Assembly: GCA_043798935.1 (NCBI GenBank) | Contig: JAZDOC010000017.1 | Span: 64,381 to 128,380 of the forward strand | DNA: 64,000 bases | Origin: Patescibacteria group bacterium | Lineage (GTDB): Bacteria > Patescibacteriota > Patescibacteriia > UBA9570 > JAHJKD01 | Direction of reading: 5' to 3' | In this document: in pieces, positions 9,321-18,548 of the stretch | Layout: the number at the start of each line of letters is the position of its first letter | How positions within the stretch are numbered: the stretch's first letter is position 1 | Translations under genes and position numbers: made by a program | Notes under the pieces: generated by a model | What the model was told of the DNA's origin: nothing | The model's database searches: none | Seen by the model: the letters and a program-made list of their open reading frames with translations, nothing else

Positions 9321-9682
9321 AGTACATTTACAAAAGGCAGTGGAGAGAGAAGTGGAGTTAAATAATTAAACACACTTTTTTCTCTGCTGTATGGTATATC
9401 CAGGAAAAAAACAAAAATAAAAACACCTCAACGCCAGCCCTCATTATATATTCTCTTACGAGAATCAGAGGGACAGCGGTATAGCAGAGTATCCCATCGC
9501 TGGGATGACCTATCACTCCTGGTAAATAGGCAGAAAGCACCTTAGTTTTTGAGCAGAAATTCTTTGCATCTTCCCCTCAGGGGAATGTACAAAGTCAGCT
9601 TAAAAGCTTGGGGGCGCACAGAACGTCCATTATCTCTTTCCTTAGTGAAGAGGGGGCGCTCATAGCGCCCCCTCTTTTTTTT
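9321..9682 (+). ncRNA. Candidate ~360-nt structured non-coding RNA (family not recognised)
   Basis: Bounded by a promoter and a strong terminator; at least five hairpins with G-U pairs; no credible ORF; more GC-rich than flanking intergenic DNA. Confidence 0.6.
9648..9682 (+). terminator. Rho-independent terminator
   Basis: AAGAGGGGGCGCT-CAT-AGCGCCCCCTCTT followed by a T run. Confidence 0.9.
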
Positions 9683-9731
9683 ATAAAAATTTTGCTATAA
9701 TAACTGTATAATAATTAATAATTATAAATTT

Positions 9732-10103
9732 ATGGACCAAAAAACATTAGACATTTTAAAAAAACAGCTACTGGCCGAAAAAGATAGCGTTATTGAAGAA
9801 TTAAGCTTAATATCAAAGCCGGATGCCGGGGATCATGTGGTTGGTGATTTTAATCCGCAAATGCCCGATTACGGCGATGATACCGGCGACGATCCGGAAA
9901 GTTCACCGGCTGAAGTGGAAGATTATCAATTAAATATTAATGCTACTTCAAAACTGGAAGCAAAATTAAACGATATCAATACGGTTTTGGAAAAAATAGA
10001 AAATAATGAATATGGAATTTGTGATGTTTGCGGTGGTAGCATTGCCGAAAATCGATTACAAGCCAACCCATCAGCATTAACCTGCGTAAAGTGCAGTGAA
10101 TAA
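9732..10103 (+). CDS. TraR/DksA family C4 zinc-finger protein
   Basis: YGICDVCGGSIAENRLQANPSALTCVKC; N-terminal coiled coil. Confidence 0.9.
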   Translation: MDQKTLDILKKQLLAEKDSVIEELSLISKPDAGDHVVGDFNPQMPDYGDDTGDDPESSPAEVEDYQLNINATSKLEAKLNDINTVLEKIENNEYGICDVCGGSIAENRLQANPSALTCVKCSE

Positions 10104-10572
10104 AATAAAATTATCAGCTCGAGATTTATGTTTAATAATTATTTTGATTGTGGCTTTTGCATTAGATAGAGCTGCTAAAATGTTTTTCATTAATTCGGAT
10201 AAATCGTGGATAATAATAAAAAAAATATTAACCCTGGAATTACATAATAATTCCGGCATTGCTTTTGGTATAATATTTAACTTGAACATATATTATATTC
10301 TTTTTGCCATAATTTTTATTTTTTTAATTTATTTATTAGTTCAGTATTATTTGGCTAATAATTATTTTTTAGTTGTTTGTTTAAGTTTTATTATTATTGG
10401 GGCATATTCTAATTTGTTGGATCGAATTCGGTTTGGCGCCGTGATTGATTTTATTAATGTCGAATTTTGGTCGATTTTTAATTTTGCTGATTGCTATATT
10501 GTGCTTTCGGTAATTGCCTGGTTAATATATTTATTTAAATATGACCGCCAAAAGATTTCAGAAAAAAGTTGA
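10096..10572 (+). CDS. lspA: Lipoprotein signal peptidase II
   Basis: NSGIAFG, GAYSNLLDRIRFGAVIDFI and FNFAD motifs; multiple TM helices. Confidence 0.93.
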   Translation: MNKIKLSARDLCLIIILIVAFALDRAAKMFFINSDKSWIIIKKILTLELHNNSGIAFGIIFNLNIYYILFAIIFIFLIYLLVQYYLANNYFLVVCLSFIIIGAYSNLLDRIRFGAVIDFINVEFWSIFNFADCYIVLSVIAWLIYLFKYDRQKISEKS

Positions 10573-10864
10573 AGATTTTGTTTGCGAATATTGCCAAACA
10601 AAAGTTAAAGGCACAGGATATACTGATCATTGCCATTATTGTTTATGCTCGAAGCACGTGGATATAAATCCGGGTGATCGTCAAGCCGACTGCGGTGGTA
10701 AAATGGTAATTGTTCACATTGAATTTATTCATAGCAAATATGCATTACATTATAAATGCCAAAAATGTGGGTTTGAAAAACGCAATAAATTGCAGGCCGA
10801 AGACAATATGGATAAATTAATCAGTATTCAACAGGAAATTAACGACGCTATTGTCAAAAAATAG
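10541..10864 (+). CDS. RNHCP-domain zinc-binding protein
   Basis: FVCEYC...TDHCHYCLCSKHVDINPGDRQADCGGKM...CQKC. Confidence 0.85.
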   Translation: MTAKRFQKKVEDFVCEYCQTKVKGTGYTDHCHYCLCSKHVDINPGDRQADCGGKMVIVHIEFIHSKYALHYKCQKCGFEKRNKLQAEDNMDKLISIQQEINDAIVKK

Positions 10865-10937
10865 TTCATAGTTTAAAATGTTCGTTAGATTGGGCGCCCT
10901 CCTACTGCAGAGAGAGCGTTTTTTATTTACTAAATTT

Positions 10938-12446
10938 ATGATGAAAAAGATTTTAACCGCGGCCGTAGTTGGCTTGCAGTGTTTGCCCGTAGAAGTGGAA
11001 GCTGATATTGCTCATGGTTTTCCAAATTTTTGTATTGTTGGTCTACCCGACACAGCCGTGCAAGAAGCTAAAGAACGAGTACGTTCGGCCGTGAAAAATG
11101 TCGGGCATTATTTCCCCGAATTTCGCGTAACCATTAATTTAGCGCCGGCTGATATTAAAAAAGAAGGGCCAGGCTTTGATTTGCCCATAGCCTTAGCCGT
11201 TCTGTTAGCCGATGGTCAAATAAAACATATTGATGAAAAATATATGTTTATTGGAGAATTGTCTTTGCACGGTGAAGTACGAGCTGTGGCCGGTATATTA
11301 GCCGCTGCCATGATGGCTAAAGAACGAAAAATCAAAACGCTTTTTGTGCCCAGCGATAATGCACCCGAAGCTGCTTTAATTGATGAATTGGAAGTTATCC
11401 CAGTGGAAAGTTTGTTGCAGTTATTAAATCATTTAAACGGCACAAAGAAAATTGCACCTTATTGTGGCGTCGAGATTAAATGCTTAAGCCATAATTTTAA
11501 AGAAAGTTTAGACATGGCATTTATTAAAGGTCAAGAAACAGCTAAACGCGCTTTAGAAATTGCCGCGGCCGGAGCACATAATATTTTATTAAGCGGGCCT
11601 CCGGGTTCGGGAAAAACACTTTTATCTAAAACCATGGTGTCTATAATGCCCATGGTTACTCATGAAGAAATGTTAGAAACCACTCGCATTTATAGTGTGG
11701 CTGGTTTATTATCTAAAAAACAACCATTAATAAATTTTCGTCCCTTTCGTGCTCCTCATCATAGTGCCTCGGCACCGTCAATTGTTGGCGGTGGGCGCAT
11801 ACCTAAGCCGGGTGAGATATCGCTAGCTCATCGAGGAGTATTATTTTTAGATGAGTTTCCGGAATTTCCGCGAATTGTGCTTGAGGCTCTGCGTCAACCG
11901 CTAGAGGAGGGAATTATTCATGTTAGTCGGGTCCAAGGAACGGTTTGTTATCCGGCGAATTTTATTTTAGTAGCTTCGATGAATCCTTGTCCGTGCGGAT
12001 ATAAAGGTGACCAACAAAAAGAATGTACTTGTTCACCGCTTCAGATAATTAATTATCAAAAAAAGATCTCGGGCCCAATATTAGATCGTATTGATCTGCA
12101 TGTAAATGTTCCACGGATAAAATTTTCAAAATTAGCTGATAATAAAAACGCCGAAGCTTCAGCTATAATTCAAAAACGTGTAGAAAAAGCTCGCTTAATT
12201 CAAAAACAAAGGTTTGCAGGAAAAAAAATTTTAGTAAATTCGGAAATGGGCAATCGTGAAGTGCAAGAATATTGCATTTTGAATAAAGAGAGTTTAGAAC
12301 TATTAAAACAAGCAGTCACCAAGCTTAATTTATCTCCGCGCGCGTATTTTAGAATTTTAAAATTAGCGCGTACCATTGCCGATTTAGATGAAAATAATCA
12401 TATTGAAACTCAGCACGTGGCTGAAGCTTTACAATATAGGGGGTGA
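10938..12446 (+). CDS. comM: YifB/ComM Mg-chelatase-like AAA+ ATPase (likely start 10938 or 10941)
   Basis: IVGLPDTAVQEAKERVR, NLAPADIKKEG, GPPGSGKT, PFRAPHHS, PGEISLAHRGVLFLDE. Confidence 0.93.
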   Translation: MMKKILTAAVVGLQCLPVEVEADIAHGFPNFCIVGLPDTAVQEAKERVRSAVKNVGHYFPEFRVTINLAPADIKKEGPGFDLPIALAVLLADGQIKHIDEKYMFIGELSLHGEVRAVAGILAAAMMAKERKIKTLFVPSDNAPEAALIDELEVIPVESLLQLLNHLNGTKKIAPYCGVEIKCLSHNFKESLDMAFIKGQETAKRALEIAAAGAHNILLSGPPGSGKTLLSKTMVSIMPMVTHEEMLETTRIYSVAGLLSKKQPLINFRPFRAPHHSASAPSIVGGGRIPKPGEISLAHRGVLFLDEFPEFPRIVLEALRQPLEEGIIHVSRVQGTVCYPANFILVASMNPCPCGYKGDQQKECTCSPLQIINYQKKISGPILDRIDLHVNVPRIKFSKLADNKNAEASAIIQKRVEKARLIQKQRFAGKKILVNSEMGNREVQEYCILNKESLELLKQAVTKLNLSPRAYFRILKLARTIADLDENNHIETQHVAEALQYRG

Positions 12447-12481
12447 GGAAAAAGAGAAGCAAAGTCGGGGGGGCATATCGA

Positions 12482-12515
12482 TTGAAGGAGCGAATATATG
12501 TATTCGCACCTACAA
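12482..12515. repeat. Degenerate copy of the RAYT-associated REP palindrome
   Basis: TTGAAGGAGCGAATATATGTATTCGCACCTACAA vs TTGAAGGCGCGAATACGTATTCGCGCCTTCAA at 15277-15308. Confidence 0.65.
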
Positions 12516-13145
12516 CACTATCACTACATATTCTCCTTTGGGAGTAGAGATATTTATTTCACTGGCAATACCACGGTAGAAAGTTTCATAAATTTTAGTA
12601 AGTTCTTTGGCCACAACAACCTTAGTTTGGCCGAGTTCTTTTAAAAGTTTATTAATGCGATGGCAAGATTCATAAAGTATAACCGGCTTATCTTCATTAA
12701 TAATATTTTTTAAAAAGGTTTGCCTACCTTTTTTATTAGGCGGAAAACCATAAAAAGCGAATTTGGAAAAGTTAAGTCCGCTGGCTTGCAGAGCACATAT
12801 TGCGGCACACGGACCAGGAAGCGGCACAACTTTAATATTATTTTTTATTGCTTCAGAAATTAAAATTTGTCCCGGATCAGATATTCCGGGTGTGCCAGCA
12901 TCAGACACCAGAGCTATGTCTTTACCCTGTTTTAATAGATCAATTAAATAATCAATTTTCGTTAACTTAGAATGTTGATGATATGAAATTAATGGTTTAG
13001 AAATTTCATATTTTTGTAATAATTTAGCGGTTTGTCGGGTGTCTTCACAGGCAATAATATCAGCGGTTTTTAAGCACTCAACTGCTCGATAAGTAATATC
13101 TTTTAGATTGCCAATTGGAGTGGCAATAACATATAAAATATCCAT
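12510..13145 (-). CDS. rsmI: 16S rRNA (C1402-2'-O)-methyltransferase
   Basis: LYVIATPIGNLKDITYRA, ACEDTR, LVSDAGTPGISDPG, KELTKIYE. Confidence 0.96.
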   Translation of the reverse strand: MDILYVIATPIGNLKDITYRAVECLKTADIIACEDTRQTAKLLQKYEISKPLISYHQHSKLTKIDYLIDLLKQGKDIALVSDAGTPGISDPGQILISEAIKNNIKVVPLPGPCAAICALQASGLNFSKFAFYGFPPNKKGRQTFLKNIINEDKPVILYESCHRINKLLKELGQTKVVVAKELTKIYETFYRGIASEINISTPKGEYVVIVL

Positions 13146-13215
13146 TTACTTATTGTTATAATTAATATATACTTAATATAGACTAAAAATAAATAACTAA
13201 CAACTATTATTCATT

Positions 13216-13602
13216 ATGGCAGACAACAAAACTAAAGTATTAATCGTTGAAGATGATAAATTTCTAGCGGAATTAATCTCTACTAAATTAGATAAAGAAG
13301 GCTTCGACATCGTATTGGCTAATGACGGCGAAAGCGGTGTTTCTAAAACCAGAGAAGAATTACCAGAAATAATATTATTAGATATCATGTTGCCAGGTAT
13401 GGATGGTTTTGAAGTACTCGAAAATTTAAAAAAAGATTTAAGCGAAAAAGTTAGAAAAATTCCAGTAATAATATTATCTAATTTTGGCCAAGAAGAAAAA
13501 GTAGAAAGAGGTTTAGCCTTAGGAGCAGTAGATTATCTTGTAAAAGCCAACTTTACTACCAGCGAAATTGTAGGCAAGATTAAAGAAACATTAGGTCAAT
13601 AA
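13216..13602 (+). CDS. Single-domain response regulator (receiver)
   Basis: VLIVEDD, ILLDIMLPGMDG, PVIILSN, GAVDYLVK. Confidence 0.95.
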   Translation: MADNKTKVLIVEDDKFLAELISTKLDKEGFDIVLANDGESGVSKTREELPEIILLDIMLPGMDGFEVLENLKKDLSEKVRKIPVIILSNFGQEEKVERGLALGAVDYLVKANFTTSEIVGKIKETLGQ

Positions 13603-13620
13603 ACAATATCAAAAAAATAA

Positions 13621-13651
13621 AAAAACCCCAGGTTTTATACCCGGGGTTTTT
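13621..13651. terminator. Bidirectional terminator between convergent genes
   Basis: AAAAACCCC...GGGGTTTTT stem with A/T tails on both sides. Confidence 0.7.
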
Positions 13652-13664
13652 AGTTAAATAAATT

Positions 13665-14927
13665 TTATAACCAATTCCAAGGATTTTGTTTGGCTCCATT
13701 TTTAATTACCTCAAAGTGCAAATGAGGGCCGGTTGACCAACCAGTAGAGCCTTCCCAACCAATTTGCTGACCCCGGGAAACACTCTGACCATTAGATATT
13801 GAAAAACTAGAGAAATGACCATATAAAGTTTGTAAGCCATTGCCATGATTAATGGTAATATAATTACCATAACCATTGCTTTTGTTTGGAATTACAGTGG
13901 CCACTCCTGATTCGGCCGCATAAATAGGTTTTCCTAAACCACAATTAATATCAATGGCAATATGACCCCAACGGACGCCTTGGCTAATACGACGGCAAGA
14001 TGATGGCCAGTTTAAAGTTCCGGCAGTTACACTGGAGCCGCTACCTGGGGTATATAAACTACCGCTTGAAGATGATCCATGGCCTGAAGAAGGCGTGGAA
14101 ACTGGTTTTGGTGTTGGAGGAGTATATGGCTCACCATCTACTACTAAAATTTCTTGACCGACCGGAATTAATCCATTATCACCTATATTATTAATATCTT
14201 TAGTGGCTTGTTTATCGCCTTTATGTTGAGAAACTATTCTATCAAAAGTATCACCTGAGACTACTTTATGAATAATGCCATTTTTAGGAAGTATTTTTAA
14301 TGTATCACCAACTTTGCTGACGCTTTTAGAATTTAATCCGTTTTCCCACAAAATAGTATTTAATGACAAATCATATTTTTCAGCAATTGTGCTTAGGGTA
14401 TCGCCCTCTTGAATTTCATATTCAATAATTTTAACTCTTTTCTTTGAAACTACATTTTCGAGTAATGCGGCCGAGGCCAGGGTTGATCCTTCATCTAACA
14501 AAATAACACTATCCTCAACATCTATTTTTTCACTTATTTCTGGGATATTAGCGATTACTAATCCATTTGTATCTACATAATTTTTTACTCTTTTACTTTT
14601 ATTCAAATCGGCTTTTACCACTTCCTCTTCTTCACTGCCCAAGTCTAAGCCTAATTTACTTTGAGCGATTTTATATAAATTACTTTTTTTAGCTACATTG
14701 TCTTGGCGTACGTCATTAGCCGAAAGAACATTCGTGCTGGTCACACATAAGGCAATGATCACAATAATCACATTAACTGTATGGCGGTTGTATGCTAAAA
14801 AGCCTAATTTATTTCTAAAAAAGACTGATTTATTAAGACGAGTAGTTATTTTTAAGTATATTTTATAGATTTCAATGACCAATGGTTTTACTGTAAATTT
14901 CCAGATTCCAGAAAATGGTTTAGCCAC
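13665..14927 (-). CDS. LysM-domain M23 family peptidase (true start may be ATT at 15026)
   Basis: Two LysM repeats (YEIQEGDTLSTIAEKY; HKVVSGDTFDRI); M23 motifs HIAIDI, YGH and STGPHLHFEV. Confidence 0.93.
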   Translation of the reverse strand: MAKPFSGIWKFTVKPLVIEIYKIYLKITTRLNKSVFFRNKLGFLAYNRHTVNVIIVIIALCVTSTNVLSANDVRQDNVAKKSNLYKIAQSKLGLDLGSEEEEVVKADLNKSKRVKNYVDTNGLVIANIPEISEKIDVEDSVILLDEGSTLASAALLENVVSKKRVKIIEYEIQEGDTLSTIAEKYDLSLNTILWENGLNSKSVSKVGDTLKILPKNGIIHKVVSGDTFDRIVSQHKGDKQATKDINNIGDNGLIPVGQEILVVDGEPYTPPTPKPVSTPSSGHGSSSSGSLYTPGSGSSVTAGTLNWPSSCRRISQGVRWGHIAIDINCGLGKPIYAAESGVATVIPNKSNGYGNYITINHGNGLQTLYGHFSSFSISNGQSVSRGQQIGWEGSTGWSTGPHLHFEVIKNGAKQNPWNWL

Positions 14928-15151
14928 TAATAAAACAAAAATTTTTATAAAACGAGCTACAATTTTTAATAATTTTATAAAAGAAAGACTGCATTTTAGT
15001 AATAATTTTGTAAATTGAGTACTAATATGGTTGATCCTTGTTAATAATAGATCGCGCTATTCTTATTTTATAACAGTTTTCTGCTAAGATTAGCTAAAAA
15101 TATTATATTAATGCTTATTAATAGTGCCTCTTTAAATTAGGCAACCAGAAC

Positions 15152-15180
15152 AGCGTATCATGATGAATATACTCAGTCAA
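15152..15180 (-). promoter_or_regulatory. Putative promoter of the M23 gene
   Basis: Minus strand TTGACT, 17-nt spacer, TGn-TACGCT. Confidence 0.4.
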
Positions 15181-15269
15181 TGATTTCATCCCCAGTAGGC
15201 CTATTTTTAGGCTAATTTAAGCCATTTTTATTTATTTATTTCCTAATATTAGGTAAGTATTTATTTTTT

Positions 15270-15315
15270 ATATATATTGAAGGCGCGAATACGTATTCGC
15301 GCCTTCAATATATAT
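15270..15315. repeat. Perfect 46-bp palindrome (REP-like) upstream of RAYT
   Basis: ATATATATTGAAGGCGCGAATAC|GTATTCGCGCCTTCAATATATAT. Confidence 0.95.
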
Positions 15316-15392
15316 TCACGCGCTCATTTTCATCTTCAATATATATTCACGCGCTCATTTTCATCTTCAATATATATTCACGCGCTCATTTT
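15303..15392. repeat. 31-bp tandem repeat, ~2.9 copies
   Basis: Unit CTTCAATATATATTCACGCGCTCATTTTCAT at 15303, 15334 and 15365; no spacers. Confidence 0.95.
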
Positions 15393-15493
15393 TCGCGTTC
15401 TGTTTTTTTAATTAATATAAAAGTTTTAATTATTTATAAATTTATGCTATTTTATTATATAGAGGGCGTTTCTAATTGCAGGTAACGCTTTTT

Positions 15494-16042
15494 ATGTTTC
15501 AAAAAAAATTGCATCACAATTCGCAACCGCGGATTTATGGTCGAAATAAAATTTATTTTTTAACAACCATTACATATCAGAGGTATTCATATTTTGATAA
15601 TGATGTTTTTTGTAATATTTTATGGAATGACATTTTTTATACAAAAAAATTAAAACAATTTCATATATTTGCCTTTGTAATTATCAATAATCATTTGCAT
15701 ATAATAGTGCAACCGTATGGGAGATATAATATTTCCGAGATTATGCAATCATTAAAAATGAATTCATCTCATAATATTAATAAAATAACAAGACAATATT
15801 TTAATAAGCGTATTAATGATAGGAAAGGCGCGAATACGTATTCGCGCCTTCAATTTTCTATAAAAGCAATGAAATTTAGATGGCAACATTCTTTTTATGA
15901 TCACATCATACGTGATCGGAAGGATTTATTGAATCATGTAAATTATATAAAGGATAATCCCTTAAAACATAACTTAATTAAATCAAATGAAAAATATACA
16001 TGGATTTTTATTAATCTAGACAAATTCGTGAAAATTTTATAA
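15494..16042 (+). mobile_element. REP-associated tyrosine transposase (RAYT, Y1 HUH family)
   Basis: IYFLTTIT, AFVIINNHLHII (HUH), WQHSFYDHIIR, YIKDNP (catalytic Tyr); associated palindromes; ATG at 15494. Confidence 0.88.
15825..15850. repeat. REP palindrome inside the RAYT coding sequence
   Basis: AAGGCGCGAATACGTATTCGCGCCTT, identical to the core of the upstream palindrome; read in frame as KGANTYSRL. Confidence 0.92.
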
Positions 16043-16054
16043 GATTACGGGAGT

Positions 16055-18466
16055 ATGAGCAAATATCAACCTAAAAAAATAGAATCTAAATGGCAAAAAT
16101 ACTGGCAAGATCATAAATCTTTTTTGGCCGACGACAATTCATCTAAACCAAAATATTATTGTTTGGATATGTTTCCTTATCCATCGGCTCATGGTCTTCA
16201 TGTTGGTCACCCCGAAGGCTATACGGCTACCGATATCATCTCACGCTATAAAAGAATGCAAGGTTTTAATGTTATGCATCCCATGGGTTGGGACGCTTTT
16301 GGCTTGCCGGCCGAAAATTTTGCAATTAAAACCGGAGTCCATCCTAAAAAAACCACCACCGATGCCATTAAAACATTCACTAAACAAATAAAATCTTTAG
16401 GTTTCAGCTACGACTGGGATAGAGAAATAAACACTTCTTCATCAGAATATTATAAATGGACGCAATGGATATTCTTACAATTATATAAAAATGGGTTGGC
16501 GTACAAAAAGAAAGCGTCTGTGAATTGGTGCGAAAGTTGTAAAACAGTTTTGGCTAATGAACAAGTTGCCAATGGAAAATGTGAGCGTTGTCAAAATGAT
16601 GTTATTCAAAAAGATTTAGAGCAATGGTTTTTTAAAACTACTAATTACGCAGAAAGATTGTTAAACGATTTAGAAAATCTTGATTGGCCCGAACCAATTA
16701 AGTTAATGCAGAAAAATTGGATTGGAAAATCTGAGGGATCAGAAATAAAATTTTCAATTTTAGATTCCCAATTTTCAATTAATGTTTTTACTACTCGGGC
16801 CGACACTCTTTATGGCGCTACTTATATGGTGCTAGCGCCCGAACATGAATTAGTTGAAAAATTAAAGGGTCAAATAACTAACTTCACAGAGGTTGAAAAA
16901 TATATTAAACAAGCGCGTGCCAAATCTGATTTACAAAGAACTGAATTACAAAAAGAAAAAACCGGTGTTTGTTTGCAAGGTATTTTAGCTGTAAATCCGG
17001 CTAATAAAAAATCCATTCCAGTGTATATAGCTGATTATGTTTTAGCTTCTTATGGTACCGGAGCCATCATGGCTGTTCCGGCACATGATGAACGCGACTG
17101 GGATTTTGCTAAAAAATATAATATAGAAATAATTAAAATTATTGATAATAATCAGATAGATGAAAAAGTTTATTGTGGCGAAGGTAAACTAATTAATAGT
17201 GCCGAGTTCAATAATATTAATTGGCAATCAGCGAAAAAGAAAATCACGGAAAAAGTTGGTGGGAAAATTACGATTAATTATAAATTGCGCGATTGGCTTA
17301 TTTCTCGACAACGTTATTGGGGTGCGCCGATTCCAATTATTTATTGCGAGAAGTGCGGTGCGGTGGCAGTTCCCGAAGAGCAATTACCGGTTGTGCTTCC
17401 CGAAGATGTAGATTTCAAACCCACTGGCGAATCACCACTCAAATATTCGAAAACTTTTCATGAAGTTTCTTGCCCCAGTTGTGGTGCCACCACGGGCGTG
17501 CGTCGAGAAAACGATACCATGGATACTTTTGTGTGCTCATCTTGGTATTATCTTAGATATTGCGATCCTAAAAACAGTGAAGCGTTTGCCGATAATGATA
17601 AATTAAAAAAATGGCTACCGGTTGATCTTTATGTGGGCGGGGCCGAGCATGCCTGTATGCATTTAATTTACGCCCGCTTCTTTTACAAAGTTTTAAAAGA
17701 TTTAGGTTATATTAATATCGAAGAAAAAATTGATCATAATGAACCATTTTCAAAATTGAAGAATCAGGGAATGATTCTGGGCGAAGATCATCAAAAAATG
17801 TCGAAATCTCGCGGAAATGTAATAAATCCAGACGATGTAGTAAATGAATATGGTGCCGACACCTTGCGTTTATACGAAATGTTTATGGGCGCTTTTGAAG
17901 ATGTGAAACCATGGGACACTAATAGCATAAAAGGAGTGTTTCGTTTTTTAGATAGAGTTTGGAATTTTTATAACATTAATTTTGAAACCGAAACAAACAG
18001 TCGGGAGGTCGATATCATTACTAACCAAACAATTAAAAAAGTAAGTGAAGATTTAGAAAATTTTAAATTTAATACGGCTTTATCGCAGCTAATGATTTGT
18101 TTAAATAAATATTTTGCCGATTTGCCGAATCAATCTAATGCCAAACAGTTTATTAAATTACTTTATCCTTTTGCGCCACACATAGCCAGTGAAATTGCCG
18201 AGCGCTTTTTTTCGGCCGACGCTGATTTCTTTAATTCATGGCCGGAATATAATCCGGCATTTATTATTAACGACAATGTAGAAATTATTATTCAAATAAA
18301 CGGTAAGGTGCGCGATAAATTAATTGTCCCAGCTGGTGATAGCGAGAACCAGAAAAAAATTGAACAGCTGGCTTTAAGCAGTGTAAAAGTAAAGAGTTTT
18401 TTAAATGGGCAGAAACCAAAAAAAATTATTTTTATTAAAGGAAAATTAATGAGTCTTGTGGTCTGA
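16055..18466 (+). CDS. leuS: Leucine--tRNA ligase
   Basis: MFPYPSAHGLHVGH (HIGH), editing domain GTGAIMAVPAHDERD, KMSKS. Confidence 0.98.
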   Translation: MSKYQPKKIESKWQKYWQDHKSFLADDNSSKPKYYCLDMFPYPSAHGLHVGHPEGYTATDIISRYKRMQGFNVMHPMGWDAFGLPAENFAIKTGVHPKKTTTDAIKTFTKQIKSLGFSYDWDREINTSSSEYYKWTQWIFLQLYKNGLAYKKKASVNWCESCKTVLANEQVANGKCERCQNDVIQKDLEQWFFKTTNYAERLLNDLENLDWPEPIKLMQKNWIGKSEGSEIKFSILDSQFSINVFTTRADTLYGATYMVLAPEHELVEKLKGQITNFTEVEKYIKQARAKSDLQRTELQKEKTGVCLQGILAVNPANKKSIPVYIADYVLASYGTGAIMAVPAHDERDWDFAKKYNIEIIKIIDNNQIDEKVYCGEGKLINSAEFNNINWQSAKKKITEKVGGKITINYKLRDWLISRQRYWGAPIPIIYCEKCGAVAVPEEQLPVVLPEDVDFKPTGESPLKYSKTFHEVSCPSCGATTGVRRENDTMDTFVCSSWYYLRYCDPKNSEAFADNDKLKKWLPVDLYVGGAEHACMHLIYARFFYKVLKDLGYINIEEKIDHNEPFSKLKNQGMILGEDHQKMSKSRGNVINPDDVVNEYGADTLRLYEMFMGAFEDVKPWDTNSIKGVFRFLDRVWNFYNINFETETNSREVDIITNQTIKKVSEDLENFKFNTALSQLMICLNKYFADLPNQSNAKQFIKLLYPFAPHIASEIAERFFSADADFFNSWPEYNPAFIINDNVEIIIQINGKVRDKLIVPAGDSENQKKIEQLALSSVKVKSFLNGQKPKKIIFIKGKLMSLVV

Positions 18467-18474
18467 TATTTAAT

Positions 18475-18509
18475 AAAAAAAGGCCCCCTAAATTTATTGG
18501 GGTTTTTTT
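18475..18509 (+). terminator. Terminator after leuS
   Basis: GGCCCCCTAAATTTATTGGGGTTTTTTT. Confidence 0.6.
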
Positions 18510-18548
18510 ATTTAAAGAAATAATCGATTTATATGATATACTATATTA

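Noticed and set aside
9358-9540. 60-aa minus-strand ORF
   Set aside because: Antisense to the promoter/terminator-bounded structured unit; no protein features
9321-9682. tmRNA, RNase P RNA, SRP RNA or T-box identity
   Set aside because: No tRNA-like ends or TTCGA arm, no GAGGAAAGTCC, no SRP GGAA-loop motif and no TGGNACC T-box bulge found by eye
15303-15392. Possible CRISPR array
   Set aside because: The repeats are head-to-tail with no unique spacers, and there are no cas genes in the window
15494-16042. IS200/IS605 insertion sequence
   Set aside because: No tnpB; the WQ..FYDHIIR/YI..NP motifs and associated palindromes fit RAYT better
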